Source of the DNA: Nitrospinota bacterium
Lineage (GTDB): Bacteria > Nitrospinota > Nitrospinia > Nitrospinales > VA-1
DNA: 64,000 nt
Direction of reading: 5' to 3'
Assembly: GCA_009873655.1 (NCBI GenBank)
Contig: WAIB01000005.1
Location: 54,689-118,688 of the forward strand
Part shown: one piece after another, positions 27,585 to 37,449 of the stretch
Layout of the letters: each line of letters begins with the position of its first letter
Numbering within the stretch: the first letter of the stretch is position 1
Notes under the pieces: model-generated
Told to the model about the DNA's origin: nothing
What the model saw: only the letters and a program-made list of their open reading frames with translations
The model's database searches: none
Program-made: the position numbers and the translations under genes

Positions 27585-30118
27585 AGCCCTTTGTCCCCCG
27601 GCATCTGAAAGAATGGTTTTTTTCTGAAAACGTCAGCACTCACGAGCGCGCGCGCATTCCACTCATTTTACCTTTCCTCCTGGCATTCACTGCGGGTCTT
27701 CTGGGAAAACAGGAGAAATGGTTTATCGCCCCTTATTTCGCAAGTGGAATTACTTTGTGCCTGAGCTTTTTTTTCTTAAACAGGTCAACTAAAAACTTTT
27801 CCTGCAAAAAAGCCTCCGCAATTGTAGCGCTGTTTACCCTGGGGTTGTTTTACCCGGGAAAGGAACCCGCAAAACCCGGAAACATTGTTCATTACATAGA
27901 AGAAGGAAAAACGGTTTCATTGCAAGGCAGACTGTTTACTCCCCCGCGGGTTCTTGAGGATAGAACATTTTACTTTCTGGATGTTGAATCGATTTCCACC
28001 AAAACCGACACCCGAAATGTTTCAGGAAAAGTACGAATAGCGGTTTATAAACGACACAAATTATTGCAAAGCGGGGAAATAATACGCTTCGAGAAAATCA
28101 GGCTGAAATTTCCCAGGAATTTTAAGAATCCCGGCAGATTCGACTATCGTTCTTTTTTAAAAGCCAAAAATATCGATTTGATTGGCAATGTTTCCCAGCC
28201 TGAAACCATTGTCCGTCTTGGGCATTTTGATTTACCTCTTTTTCCTGGGAATGAGGGGAAATTGCTGCAAGCCATGGTGTTTGGAATAAAAGATCCCCTC
28301 CCTTTAAATCTAAAAGAAGCCTATTTGAAAACAGGACTGGCGCATTTGATGGCAGTGTCGGGATTGCATATCGGTTTTGTTGCAGGCGCTTTTTACTTTT
28401 TGCTCCTTCCCATGTTGTTTTACCTGCTCTACCGATTCAAACCCGACAGCGCCCGCGCTGGACACAGCAGGAAATGGGCCGCCCTCTTTTGCCTTATTCC
28501 CGTTCTTCTATACATGGTTGTTGTAGGAGCAAAGGTTTCCTCACTTCGTTCGGGGATTATGATCAGCGCATTTTTGATCGCTATTCTGATAAACCGAAAA
28601 AACAGTCTGTTCAATGCTTTCCTTCTGGCCGCCTTTTTCATTTTACTTTGGAAACCAGAGTCGCTGATCGATCCCGGGTTCCAGTTGTCATTCCTTGCGG
28701 TAGCCGGAATTTTATGGGTAATAAATTTACTTTATGAATTGGGAAAAAACCCGTTATCAAAGCTGGGGGAGCCTCCCTGGCATCAGAACGTTCCAGGCAA
28801 AGAACCGGATTCAGTGGATTCATCTCAGTCTCTACGATCAAAAATGAAAAGATTTTTTTTAAGCAGCGCGCTCATCTCTGTCACCGTAACCTTAGCCACC
28901 CTTCCTGTTTTACTTTTCCATTTCAATCGAATCAGCCTGTTGGGATTATTCTTGAACTTATTCCTTGTACCCCTTGCAGCGATCCTTATTCCCGGAGTCC
29001 TCATGGTCACTTGCATGGGAATGGTTTCGCAAAGCCTGGCCTTTCTGCCAGCAATGCCCTTATTCTATCTGACGAAATTGTTTTTAATAATCCCGGAATT
29101 TGCCGCCAGTATCCCCTATTCCTCTTTATATCTCGCGACTCCGCCGCCGGTTTGGGTTTTGCTTTATTATGCGGTCCTGGTCAGTGGCGGTTATGCCCTG
29201 CTGAAAACCATCCAGAAAAAAGAAATTCCTTTCGTTTTCAAGTCGGGTTGGATTACAGCAACTACCCTCGTCCTCGCCATGCTTATTTGGCCACGCGTAT
29301 TTCATCTCCAGCAAAACAAATTAGTCATAAACGTCCTGGATATCGGGCAGGGAGAATCTATTTTCATGGAGTTCCCGAATGGTAAAACTTTGCTCATGGA
29401 TGGGGGAGGGTTTTACAAAAACAGCCTGGATGTGGGTAAAGTGGTGATCGCACCCTTCTTATGGAAAAAAGGAATTGACCACATCGACTATGTGGTCGCG
29501 ACCCATTCGGACAACGACCATATTCGAGGGCTGGATTCAGTGCTGGAGCTTTTTCCGGTCAAAACATTTCTTACCTTTGGTGAAAACATTGCGGGTTACC
29601 GTCTGAAGCGACTATACAAAAAGGCAAAGGAAAAACAAGCTGAGCTTGTTTCATTTAACACCAACGAACCTTATGAGATTGGTGAAGCCACGTTAACAAA
29701 ATTACACCCGAGCCCGACTGGTGAACCCGTCATTGAAGGCAACCGAAGGGTGGGCAACGACCTTTCACTGGTTGCAAGGCTGAAATATAAAAACTTCAGC
29801 ATGCTTTTCACCGGAGATATCGGCGAAAAAGTTGAGGAAAAACTGGTCAAAACCTACCCTGAACTGCAGGTGAATGTATTGAAAGGACCGCATCATGGCA
29901 GTCGGTTTTCCAATTCAGACTCATTTATCCGGGCAACCAAACCCGAGGCAGTCGTATTCTCCAGCGGATACCTCAACCGCATGAAACACCCTCACCTCGA
30001 AACATTGAACCGCTATAAAAAGGCAGGCACCCGTATTTACCGAACAGATTTAAACGGCGCGGTTCAAATTATCTCAAACGGCCAAACCTATTCCGTCCGA
30101 ACCCATGATACGCTGTAA
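27581..30118 (+). CDS. comEC: DNA internalization-related competence protein ComEC/Rec2
   Basis: Track ORF of 845 aa with a polytopic competence domain (GLAHLMAVSGLHIGFV) and a C-terminal MBL domain (VATHSDNDHIRG, GPHHGS). Its ATG overlaps the rnr stop codon (ATGA). Confidence 0.9.
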   Translation: MKPFVPRHLKEWFFSENVSTHERARIPLILPFLLAFTAGLLGKQEKWFIAPYFASGITLCLSFFFLNRSTKNFSCKKASAIVALFTLGLFYPGKEPAKPGNIVHYIEEGKTVSLQGRLFTPPRVLEDRTFYFLDVESISTKTDTRNVSGKVRIAVYKRHKLLQSGEIIRFEKIRLKFPRNFKNPGRFDYRSFLKAKNIDLIGNVSQPETIVRLGHFDLPLFPGNEGKLLQAMVFGIKDPLPLNLKEAYLKTGLAHLMAVSGLHIGFVAGAFYFLLLPMLFYLLYRFKPDSARAGHSRKWAALFCLIPVLLYMVVVGAKVSSLRSGIMISAFLIAILINRKNSLFNAFLLAAFFILLWKPESLIDPGFQLSFLAVAGILWVINLLYELGKNPLSKLGEPPWHQNVPGKEPDSVDSSQSLRSKMKRFFLSSALISVTVTLATLPVLLFHFNRISLLGLFLNLFLVPLAAILIPGVLMVTCMGMVSQSLAFLPAMPLFYLTKLFLIIPEFAASIPYSSLYLATPPPVWVLLYYAVLVSGGYALLKTIQKKEIPFVFKSGWITATTLVLAMLIWPRVFHLQQNKLVINVLDIGQGESIFMEFPNGKTLLMDGGGFYKNSLDVGKVVIAPFLWKKGIDHIDYVVATHSDNDHIRGLDSVLELFPVKTFLTFGENIAGYRLKRLYKKAKEKQAELVSFNTNEPYEIGEATLTKLHPSPTGEPVIEGNRRVGNDLSLVARLKYKNFSMLFTGDIGEKVEEKLVKTYPELQVNVLKGPHHGSRFSNSDSFIRATKPEAVVFSSGYLNRMKHPHLETLNRYKKAGTRIYRTDLNGAVQIISNGQTYSVRTHDTL

Positions 30119-30203
30119 AATTTCAAGCCATTTCTTTCATTGACTTTTTTTTACCTGCCTTTATATTTAAAACGGCTGTCGAATTAAAACCCCCTAAACC
30201 AAC

Positions 30204-31364
30204 ATGAATCCAGCCTCAGAACCCCGACACAAAATCCTTATTGTTGACGATTCTAAAACCATCGTTACGGTTATCAACAATATCCTTAAAAAAGATTACG
30301 AGACCTGTTCCGCTGAAAATGGATTGAAGGCGGTCGAATCTTTTAAAAAAGAAAAACCCGATCTCATCCTGATGGATGTCGAAATGCCGGAAATGAATGG
30401 TTTCGAAGCCTGCAAAAAAATCAAGGCACTGGACTCAGAAAACAACGGTTTCACTCCCATTATTTTCATCACCGGAAAAGGCGATCTTAAAAGCATGAAA
30501 ATCGGGCTGGAAAGTGGCGGGCAGGATTACCTGGCAAAACCTTTTGAGCCTGAAGAACTGTTGGCCCGTGTACAAGCGGTGTTGAGAACAAAGAAACTTT
30601 ATAATGAATTGATGAATGCCTACGCTATTATCGAACGCGAGCAGGACATTGTCGCATCCATTCAGCAAAGCCTGCTTTGTAAGGACCTTCCAAAAATTCC
30701 CGGGTTCCAGTTTTTTGCAGACTACCAGCCTTCCTCCAAGGCAAGTGGTGACTATTACGATTTTACCCGCATAGATGAAAACCATCTCGGAGTCTTGGTT
30801 GCCGATGTTTCCGGTCATGGGTCGCCGGCCGCGGTCATCATGGCGATGATGCGTGTCATCCTTCGATCCTTTCTTTCCACCATCCATTCCCCAAAAGAAG
30901 TGTTGGAAAAAATCAACGAAAGTCTTTGTGATAATCAAAAGGCCGGGCATTTTATTACTGCGTTTTACGGGGTCATTCATCTGCCCACCCGGAAAATGAA
31001 ATTTGCCTCGGCAGGCCACAACCCGCCTCTTCTCATTGATTACGACTCGGGGAACACCCTGGAACTCAGGACCGAAAAAGGGTTCCCTTTGATGATCCAT
31101 CCTAAAAATGAGATAGAGGAAAAAGAAGTGGTGCTGCCCTTAAACAGCAAATTGATCTGCTACACCGACGGGTTCACGGAAGCCCGGGGAAGGGACCAGG
31201 AAATGTATGGCCTGGAAAGATTGAAACAAAATTCCCTGGAAATGGGCCGGTCGTTGAACGCCAAAACACTGGGGCAGGCGCTTAAAAATCATGTGCAGGC
31301 TTATTTGAACGGACACGAATTCACCGATGATTTCACCCTTGTCATCCTCCAGGTCGAGTCCTGA
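30204..31364 (+). CDS. response regulator with PP2C/SpoIIE phosphatase output (RsbU-like)
   Basis: Track ORF of 386 aa with a receiver domain (ILIVDDS, DLILMDVEMPEMNG, KPF) followed by a PP2C domain (GDYYDF, ADVSGHG, TDGFTEA). Confidence 0.85.
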   Translation: MNPASEPRHKILIVDDSKTIVTVINNILKKDYETCSAENGLKAVESFKKEKPDLILMDVEMPEMNGFEACKKIKALDSENNGFTPIIFITGKGDLKSMKIGLESGGQDYLAKPFEPEELLARVQAVLRTKKLYNELMNAYAIIEREQDIVASIQQSLLCKDLPKIPGFQFFADYQPSSKASGDYYDFTRIDENHLGVLVADVSGHGSPAAVIMAMMRVILRSFLSTIHSPKEVLEKINESLCDNQKAGHFITAFYGVIHLPTRKMKFASAGHNPPLLIDYDSGNTLELRTEKGFPLMIHPKNEIEEKEVVLPLNSKLICYTDGFTEARGRDQEMYGLERLKQNSLEMGRSLNAKTLGQALKNHVQAYLNGHEFTDDFTLVILQVES

Positions 31365-31444
31365 ATCAAACGTTCCTTGATTAAAAGAGCCCCAATATGG
31401 TATAAAGCCTGCTTACCTGAACCCTAAACTCTGGAAAAAGTCAC

Positions 31445-31660
31445 ATGGCAACTGTTGAAAAACTGCAGGAACATTTGAAAAAAGCTCAGTCGAATCTCGA
31501 AGAAGCGGCTAAAAAAAACAGCGATGCTGCCGAAATCAGGAAACTGAAAAAAAAGACCAAACGGCTAGCGCGTAAAGCTTCCAAAATTACAGCTACTGAA
31601 AAAATGGCCGAGCTGAAAAAGAAAAAGAAAAAGGATCGCAAAGAATCTTCCTCTGAGTAG
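31445..31660 (+). CDS. small Lys-rich hypothetical protein
   Basis: Track ORF of 71 aa: MATVEKLQEHLKKAQSNLEEAAKKNSDAAEIRKLKKKTKRLARKASKITATEKMAELKKKKKKDRKESSSE. The sequence is low-complexity and basic, and coding status is uncertain. The antisense track ORFs are mirror artefacts. Confidence 0.4.
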   Translation: MATVEKLQEHLKKAQSNLEEAAKKNSDAAEIRKLKKKTKRLARKASKITATEKMAELKKKKKKDRKESSSE

Positions 31661-31763
31661 CGTACCGCAGAAACAGAAAACAACCTGAAGATAAACCATA
31701 TCCTCTCATTGCAAAAACGAACAGACCAATGGGCTGTGGGGCCTTCCCCGCAAAAATAAAAAT

Positions 31764-32033
31764 ATGGATATCGAACATGTAGCCAAACTGGCTCGGCTTA
31801 AACTGACCGATGCTGAAAAGGAAAAGTTCTCAAAACAGATGGGAACCATCATCGAGTATATTGAAAAACTAAACGAACTCGATACCAAAAACGTAGAACC
31901 CACCGCGCATGTGCTGGGGCTGAACAACGTCTTCCGTGAAGACGCAGCAACTCAGCCTCTAACGGATCAGGACCCCATTAAAGATTCCCCGGCACACAGT
32001 AAAGGGCATTATGAAGTGCCTAAAATAATTTAA
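31764..32033 (+). CDS. gatC: Asp/Glu-tRNA amidotransferase subunit C
   Basis: Track ORF of 89 aa: [42 protein letters not shown]. Confidence 0.9.
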   Translation: MDIEHVAKLARLKLTDAEKEKFSKQMGTIIEYIEKLNELDTKNVEPTAHVLGLNNVFREDAATQPLTDQDPIKDSPAHSKGHYEVPKII

Positions 32034-32037
32034 GCTC

Positions 32038-33492
32038 ATGCACCGCACGACCATCACGCAGGCGCGAGAACTCCTCCATTCAAAAAAATTATCTTCCGTC
32101 CAATTGACCGAAGCGGTTTTTGCCCGCATCGATGCTGTTGAAGACAAGGTAAATGCTTTCGCTCACTTGATGCGCGAAAAAGCCATGGAACAGGCCAGAG
32201 CTGCGGATGAAAGAATCGCCAAAGGGGAGGAACACCCCCTGCTGGGTGTTCCCATCGCCTTAAAGGATTTGATTTGCACCCAGGGCAGCCGCACCACGTG
32301 CGCCTCAAAAATTCTCGACCAGTTTGTCGCCCCCTACAACGCGACGGTCGTCAACCGGCTCAATGCCGCGGGGGCTGTGATTGTCGGAAAAACCAATATG
32401 GATGAATTTGCGATGGGGTCTTCCAACGAAAACTCCTCCCATCAACCCGCCAATAATCCATGGGCGCTGGACCGGGTCCCAGGGGGATCCAGTGGAGGCT
32501 CGGCAGCGGCGGTTGCCGCTCATGAATGCATTGCCGCGCTGGGCAGTGATACAGGCGGTTCCATTCGGCAACCCGCAGGGTTTTGCGGTGTGACAGGACT
32601 CAAACCCACTTACGGGCGTGTTTCCCGGTTCGGGCTGGTAGCTTTCGCATCTTCATTGGATCAGATCGGACCCATTACCAAATCCGTTGCGGATGCCGCC
32701 ACTTTGATGAATGTGATCGGCGGAAAAGACCCCCAGGACTCCACCTCTGCCGATGTAACCCTGCCGGACTTCACGAAAGCTTTGCACCAGGATGTCAAGG
32801 GAATGAAGCTGGGCATCCCGAAAGAATATTTCACCAGCGGCATTCAACCCGAAGTTGAAAAAGCGGTGCAGGAAGGCATCCGCACTCTGAAGTCTTTGGG
32901 TATGGAAACGGTGGAAGTTTCTTTGCCGCATCTTGATTATGCGGTCGCAACTTATTACATCATTGCCTGCGCTGAAGCCAGCACCAACCTGTCCCGTTAT
33001 GACGGGGTCAAATACGGTTATCGGTCCTCAAAGTCCGATAACCTCGTCAATATGTACGAAAACACGCGGGAAGAAGGCTTTGGGGAAGAAGTCAAACGCC
33101 GGATCATTCTTGGAACCTTCGTACTCAGTTCCGGCTATTACGATGCCTATTATTTAAAAGGCCAGCAGGTGAGAACGCTGATCAAACAGGATTTCGAAAA
33201 TGCCCTTGAAAAATGCGATGTCCTGGCGGCACCGGTCACCCCCTACCCCGCCTTTAAACAGGGAGAAAAACTGGACGATCCCCTGCAAATGTATCTGGCG
33301 GACATCTACACCATTTCTGCCAACCTCGCGGGCATCCCGGCAATGTCCATTCCATGCGGTTTTGTGGGAGAAGAAAATCTTCCCGTGGGGTTGCAGCTAA
33401 TGGGCAAACATTTTGATGAATCCAACCTGATCGCGGTCGGTCACAAATTCCAGCAAACCACCGACTTCCATACAAAACAGGCGCCGCTCTAA
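32038..33492 (+). CDS. gatA: Asp/Glu-tRNA amidotransferase subunit A
   Basis: Track ORF of 484 aa with the amidase signature [12 protein letters not shown] and [12 protein letters not shown]. It starts 4 nt after gatC. Confidence 0.97.
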   Translation: MHRTTITQARELLHSKKLSSVQLTEAVFARIDAVEDKVNAFAHLMREKAMEQARAADERIAKGEEHPLLGVPIALKDLICTQGSRTTCASKILDQFVAPYNATVVNRLNAAGAVIVGKTNMDEFAMGSSNENSSHQPANNPWALDRVPGGSSGGSAAAVAAHECIAALGSDTGGSIRQPAGFCGVTGLKPTYGRVSRFGLVAFASSLDQIGPITKSVADAATLMNVIGGKDPQDSTSADVTLPDFTKALHQDVKGMKLGIPKEYFTSGIQPEVEKAVQEGIRTLKSLGMETVEVSLPHLDYAVATYYIIACAEASTNLSRYDGVKYGYRSSKSDNLVNMYENTREEGFGEEVKRRIILGTFVLSSGYYDAYYLKGQQVRTLIKQDFENALEKCDVLAAPVTPYPAFKQGEKLDDPLQMYLADIYTISANLAGIPAMSIPCGFVGEENLPVGLQLMGKHFDESNLIAVGHKFQQTTDFHTKQAPL

Positions 33493-33504
33493 AATTTCCG
33501 AGTA

Positions 33505-34260
33505 TTAAAGTTCAATCTTCCAGTCTTTTAAATTATCCAGAGAGGGATAGTGGGTGAGATCGAAATGAATGGGGGCCACCGAAATATATTTTTTCGCAAC
33601 CATGACGCAATCCGCGCCTTCTTCCGTTTCTTCAAAAAGCATTTCTCCCGCTAACCAGTAATAGGTTTTACCACGAGGATCTTTCCTGCAATCGAACTCT
33701 TCGATCACGCGCGATTTTCCCTGCCGGGTTATGGCCACTCCCGCGAATTCAGACTCGGGTACCGGGGGCACATTGATGTTCAAGATAACTCCATCGGGTA
33801 AACCTTTTTTAAGTAATTGGGGAATGAATTTACGAATGAAACTCGCCGCGGGTTTAAAATCGGCATTCTCATACGTGTCCAGAGAAACAGCAATACTCGG
33901 CACACCCATGATCATGGATTCGGTGGCCGCGGAAACGGTGCCTGAGTAGAGAGCGCATATACCCAGGTTCCCTCCCAGATTTATTCCCGATACCACGAGT
34001 TTTGGAGGTTCTTCCAGCAAAACGGTGATGGCGAGCTTGACACAATCCGCAGGAGTTCCATCTACGGCATAACCTATGAACTCTCCTTCCTCTTCTACTT
34101 TTCTTACCTTGAGAGGCTGGGTCAGGGTAATGGCGTGACCCATCGCGCTCTGCTCGGATTCGGGAGCAACGATTATTACATCGTCCAGTTCCAGCAGCTC
34201 TTTGCGGAGTACCCGCAAACCTTCTGCATTGAACCCATCGTCATTACAAAGAAGAATCAT
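33505..34260 (-). CDS. surE: 5'/3'-nucleotidase SurE
   Basis: Track ORF of 251 aa with MILLCNDDGFNAEGL and GINLGGNLG. Confidence 0.93.
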   Translation of the reverse strand: MILLCNDDGFNAEGLRVLRKELLELDDVIIVAPESEQSAMGHAITLTQPLKVRKVEEEGEFIGYAVDGTPADCVKLAITVLLEEPPKLVVSGINLGGNLGICALYSGTVSAATESMIMGVPSIAVSLDTYENADFKPAASFIRKFIPQLLKKGLPDGVILNINVPPVPESEFAGVAITRQGKSRVIEEFDCRKDPRGKTYYWLAGEMLFEETEEGADCVMVAKKYISVAPIHFDLTHYPSLDNLKDWKIEL

Positions 34261-34295
34261 TCACGTAACCCGTATCTCCGGTGACCCCCACCGGT

Positions 34296-34330
34296 AAAAA
34301 AAATGGGGCGTCACGGTCGGTAACACCCCA
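34296..34330 (-). terminator. rho-independent terminator after the peroxiredoxin gene
   Basis: Minus strand: UGGGGUGUU-accgaccgu-GACGCCCCA, a 9-bp stem including G-U pairs, followed by U8. It lies 36 nt downstream of the stop at 34367. Confidence 0.6.
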
Positions 34331-34366
34331 CTTTACAATTTATTACATCCAGCCGTTAAACCGGAT

Positions 34367-34954
34367 TTAGTTATGCTTTTCGAAATACTCTTTTGATCCG
34401 GAAGGATCCGCCTTCATTCCATCCGAGCCTTCATTCCAGTTGGCAGGGCAAACCTCACCGTTTTTCTCGTGGAACTGAAGCGCGTCAACCATGCGCAAGG
34501 CTTCATCAATATTGCGTCCTAAAGGCAGGTTGTTGATCAACTGGTGTTGAACGACGCCTTCTTTATCGATCAGGAACAGGCCGCGGAAAGCGATCCCCGC
34601 TTCGTGCATGACACCATAATCGTAGGTGATTTTTTTATTCACATCCGCAACGAGAGGATACTGGATATCGCCAAGTCCGCCCTGCTTGCGGTCGGTGTTC
34701 CTCCAGGCCAGATGCGAGAAATGGCTGTCGATGGAAACCCCGAGAACTTCTGTATTTCTTTTCTTGAACTCATCCATTTTCGTGCTGAAAGCAATGATCT
34801 CCGTCGGGCAGACGAACGTGAAGTCCAAAGGATAGAAAAATAAAATGACATACTTTCCCTTGTAGTCAGAGAGTTTGATTTCTTTGAAACTGCCATCAGG
34901 CATTACCGCTTGCGCTGTAAAGTCTGGTGCAGGTTTGGCAACTAATGCAGACAT
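34367..34954 (-). CDS. typical 2-Cys peroxiredoxin (AhpC/Tsa type)
   Basis: Track ORF of 195 aa. The peroxidatic Cys context is [14 protein letters not shown] and the resolving Cys context is GEVCPANW. Confidence 0.93.
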   Translation of the reverse strand: MSALVAKPAPDFTAQAVMPDGSFKEIKLSDYKGKYVILFFYPLDFTFVCPTEIIAFSTKMDEFKKRNTEVLGVSIDSHFSHLAWRNTDRKQGGLGDIQYPLVADVNKKITYDYGVMHEAGIAFRGLFLIDKEGVVQHQLINNLPLGRNIDEALRMVDALQFHEKNGEVCPANWNEGSDGMKADPSGSKEYFEKHN

Positions 34955-35057
34955 GTTTAACTCCTCAATATAGAATCAGTAATAATAGGTGGCCTACTCT
35001 ACCATAATTTTCACGGTGCATTCAATTGCCATAAACGAGGAAAAACAAAGCCCTTTC

Positions 35058-35086
35058 TTGACACTCCCAACCCCGGTTCTTACAAT
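35058..35086 (+). promoter_or_regulatory. sigma70-type promoter TTGACA-N17-TACAAT
   Basis: Read directly: TTGACA (35058-35063), a 17-nt spacer, then TACAAT (35081-35086), about 44 nt upstream of ATG 35130. Confidence 0.4.
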
Positions 35087-35129
35087 GAACCAAGTGCTAC
35101 ATCATTGTTTTTTTTAAACCTGGACTGTT

Positions 35130-35894
35130 ATGGAAATTTTGTTTTTGGGCACGGGAACTTCCACCGGGGTCCCTTCCCTTTGTTGCACCTGTGAAGTCTG
35201 CCTGTCGGAGGATGAGAGAAACAAGCGTTTGCGTTCCTCCATCCTCGTAAGGCAAAACGGTCATGCCATTCTGGTCGATACTTCCACCGACCTCCGGCAG
35301 CAATGCCTGCGATACAACATTCAAAATATCGATACGGTTTTATACACACATCATCACGCCGACCATGTGCACGGCATCGACGAATTAAGGAGTTTCAATT
35401 TTTTTAACAAAATGGTCATCCCCTGTTATGGCAACAAGCAAACGCTGGATAATTTAAAAAAGAACTTCAGTTATATATTTGGTGTCGCCGAACAAATTGG
35501 CGGGGGCATTCCCCAACTGCTTCCTCAAACCCTGGAAGACAAAACGTATCACTTTGGAGACATCGAAGTAACCCCCCTGGATATTCAACATGGAAAACTG
35601 ATGATCAATGGATTCCGCTTCCGGGACTGTGCCTATATTACCGATTGCAGCCGCATCCCCGAACACACGATGGAAAAACTGAAAGGATTGAAGGTGCTCA
35701 TCCTGAACGCGTTGGGATTCAAAGACCACGCAACGCATTTCAACCTCAGCCAGGCATTGGAAGCGGCGGAAGGCATCCAGGCCGAACGCACCATCCTGAC
35801 CCACATCAACCATCAATTCGATTTCGAAAAAATATCAAAAGACTTGCCCGACCGGGTGGAACTCGCCATCGACGGGATGAAACTGCACTTTTAA
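35130..35894 (+). CDS. MBL-fold metallo-hydrolase (PhnP/GPMB-like)
   Basis: Track ORF of 254 aa with an N-terminal MEILFLGTGTSTGVP plus CxxC, and HxHxDH as THHHADHVHG. Confidence 0.8.
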   Translation: MEILFLGTGTSTGVPSLCCTCEVCLSEDERNKRLRSSILVRQNGHAILVDTSTDLRQQCLRYNIQNIDTVLYTHHHADHVHGIDELRSFNFFNKMVIPCYGNKQTLDNLKKNFSYIFGVAEQIGGGIPQLLPQTLEDKTYHFGDIEVTPLDIQHGKLMINGFRFRDCAYITDCSRIPEHTMEKLKGLKVLILNALGFKDHATHFNLSQALEAAEGIQAERTILTHINHQFDFEKISKDLPDRVELAIDGMKLHF

Positions 35895-35908
35895 TTTCGT
35901 TAATATAA

Positions 35909-36544
35909 GACAGGAGAATTTATTTTCCGATCAAGGGAAACACGTCGATTTCAAATCAATTTTATCCCCTGACGAATATTATCTATGTTTTTATGGGTTC
36001 AGCGTTCCCTGTATATCCCGGAACAGATAAAACTGAATTTTCTGCCCACTGCCTTCCTGGTGGGTTCAATTTATGGAAATATCTAAACTATGTTTATATT
36101 GAAAGTTATAGATCCGAATGGCATACTCCATAAATTAAGTTGGCAAAGGCTTAAAACTATTTCGCAAGAGCCACCAAGTTTTATGGAGCACAAATTCTCA
36201 TCAGCGAATACACCTTTCAGGATTTAAAAGGAGATTACCAGATAAGGGAATTAGACCGGATTACCCTGAAAGGAAAAACAAAACCCCGGCGCATTTATGA
36301 GTTGCTCGATTTTCATACCGACAACTCTTTTCCAAACCGGGACAAGGTTCTTGAGCTGTTCAGCAACGGCAGCCAGGAATACAGAAATGGAAGCTGGGAT
36401 CATTCAATAGAAGCGTTTAATGAAGCCTTGAAATTGAATCCAAACGATAAAGCCTGCCAGGTATTCATAGACAGATGCGAACATATGAAAAACAATTCCA
36501 ATGGGGAAAACTGGGAAGGAATCTGGGAACTGGAGTCAAAATAA
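35909..36544 (+). pseudogene. decayed class III adenylate/guanylate cyclase gene (C-terminal half), interrupted by two in-frame TAA codons
   Basis: My single-frame translation gives ...IIYVFMGSAFPVYPGTDKTEFSAHCL...YRSEWHTP*IKLAKA*NYFARATKFYGAQILISEYTFQDLKGDYQIRELDRITLKGKTKPRRIYELLDF...EAFNEALKLNPNDKACQVFIDRCEHM. The tail (YG..ILISE.T, RELD.I.LKGK..P..IYEL) is a typical cyclase C-terminus. The catalytic segment (R.DYTVIGD.VNLASRLE) is colinear but destroyed, with TAA stops at 36131-36133 and 36152-36154. Track ORF 36302..36544 is the last piece. Confidence 0.5.
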
Positions 36545-36567
36545 ATCTCATCACTTCAAAATTAAAA

Positions 36568-37110
36568 TTGAAAACTCTTTCAAAAAATTATTTCCTTTTT
36601 TTGCTCTTTATTATTTTGGGAGCAAACGGTTGTGCCACCATCCCCGCGAAACCCTTTCCCGAATTAAAGGTGGTGCCTCGTGTGGATTTGGATCGCTACC
36701 TGGGCAAATGGTATGAAATAGCCCTTTATCCCAACTGGTTTGAAGAAGGCTGTTTTCGTTCCACCGCATTCTATGAAAAGCTGGAAGACGGAAAAATAAA
36801 GGTGACCAACCAATGTCGAATGCACAGCGCAGATGGAAAATTAAACGAAGCCATTGGAACCGCCACCCTTGACGACCCCCGAACCAACGCCAAATTAAAA
36901 GTCCAGTTTTTCTGGCCTTTCAAGGGAGATTACTGGATCATCGATTTGGATGAAGACTATCAATATTCCATCGTCAGCGAACCCGACCGGCAATATTTGT
37001 GGATTTTGAGCCGAACCCCCGACATGGATGATCAAACCCTGGAAACTTTGAAAGAAAAAATCCGGGAAAAAGGATTTGACCTGACATACCTGGAAATGAC
37101 CCGGCAATAA
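36568..37110 (+). CDS. blc: bacterial lipocalin (Blc-like)
   Basis: The track ORF is 36475..37110. TTG 36568 gives MKTLSKNYFLFLLFIILGANGC, a signal peptide with a possible lipobox Cys. The lipocalin motif is DLDRYLGKWYEIALYPNWFE, followed by YWIIDLDEDYQYSIVSEPDRQYLWILSRTP. Confidence 0.85.
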   Translation: MKTLSKNYFLFLLFIILGANGCATIPAKPFPELKVVPRVDLDRYLGKWYEIALYPNWFEEGCFRSTAFYEKLEDGKIKVTNQCRMHSADGKLNEAIGTATLDDPRTNAKLKVQFFWPFKGDYWIIDLDEDYQYSIVSEPDRQYLWILSRTPDMDDQTLETLKEKIREKGFDLTYLEMTRQ

Positions 37111-37352
37111 GGGCGGAACCTCAGAATTGGCGTATCGCCGCAACCGCCAGCCACGTGCAAACGGACAATGATCTCGGTCGGGTTCCCGCGAGCAGTATAA
37201 AAAACGCACAGTCTTATCATCTTCGCCTGTCCTGGTTGCCCTTGCTCCGCACCATTTTCAGCGCCGAGTATCTCCACGCCATGAGCGAACTGGAAAACGG
37301 TCTGGATGGGCAACAGGACCGGTTGCAATTCAGCGCACGTTATCGTTTTTAA
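37080..37352 (+). pseudogene. C-terminal remnant of an outer-membrane beta-barrel protein
   Basis: The open frame is at most 90 codons and has no signal peptide. It ends ...YHLRLSW...IFSAEYLH...DRLQFSARYRF*. This is a textbook BAM beta-signal, with a terminal Phe and hydrophobic residues at positions -3, -5, -7 and -9. The segment looks clearly more GC-rich than its surroundings by eye. It is too short to form a barrel. Confidence 0.4.
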
Positions 37353-37449
37353 ATCAAACCGAAATTCTCAGCATATATAAATCCTATGCTTAAATCCGCA
37401 GTCTGGTATAAATAGGGGTATCTGTTCAACCAGGTAAAAGGGAATTCAA

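Noticed and set aside
36131-36154. Possibility that the two in-frame TAA codons in the cyclase frame indicate stop-codon recoding or an alternative genetic code.
   Set aside because: TAA is used as an ordinary terminator by many well-supported genes in this window, such as recA and gatC. The catalytic residues around the stops are also destroyed, so pseudogenisation is the simpler reading.
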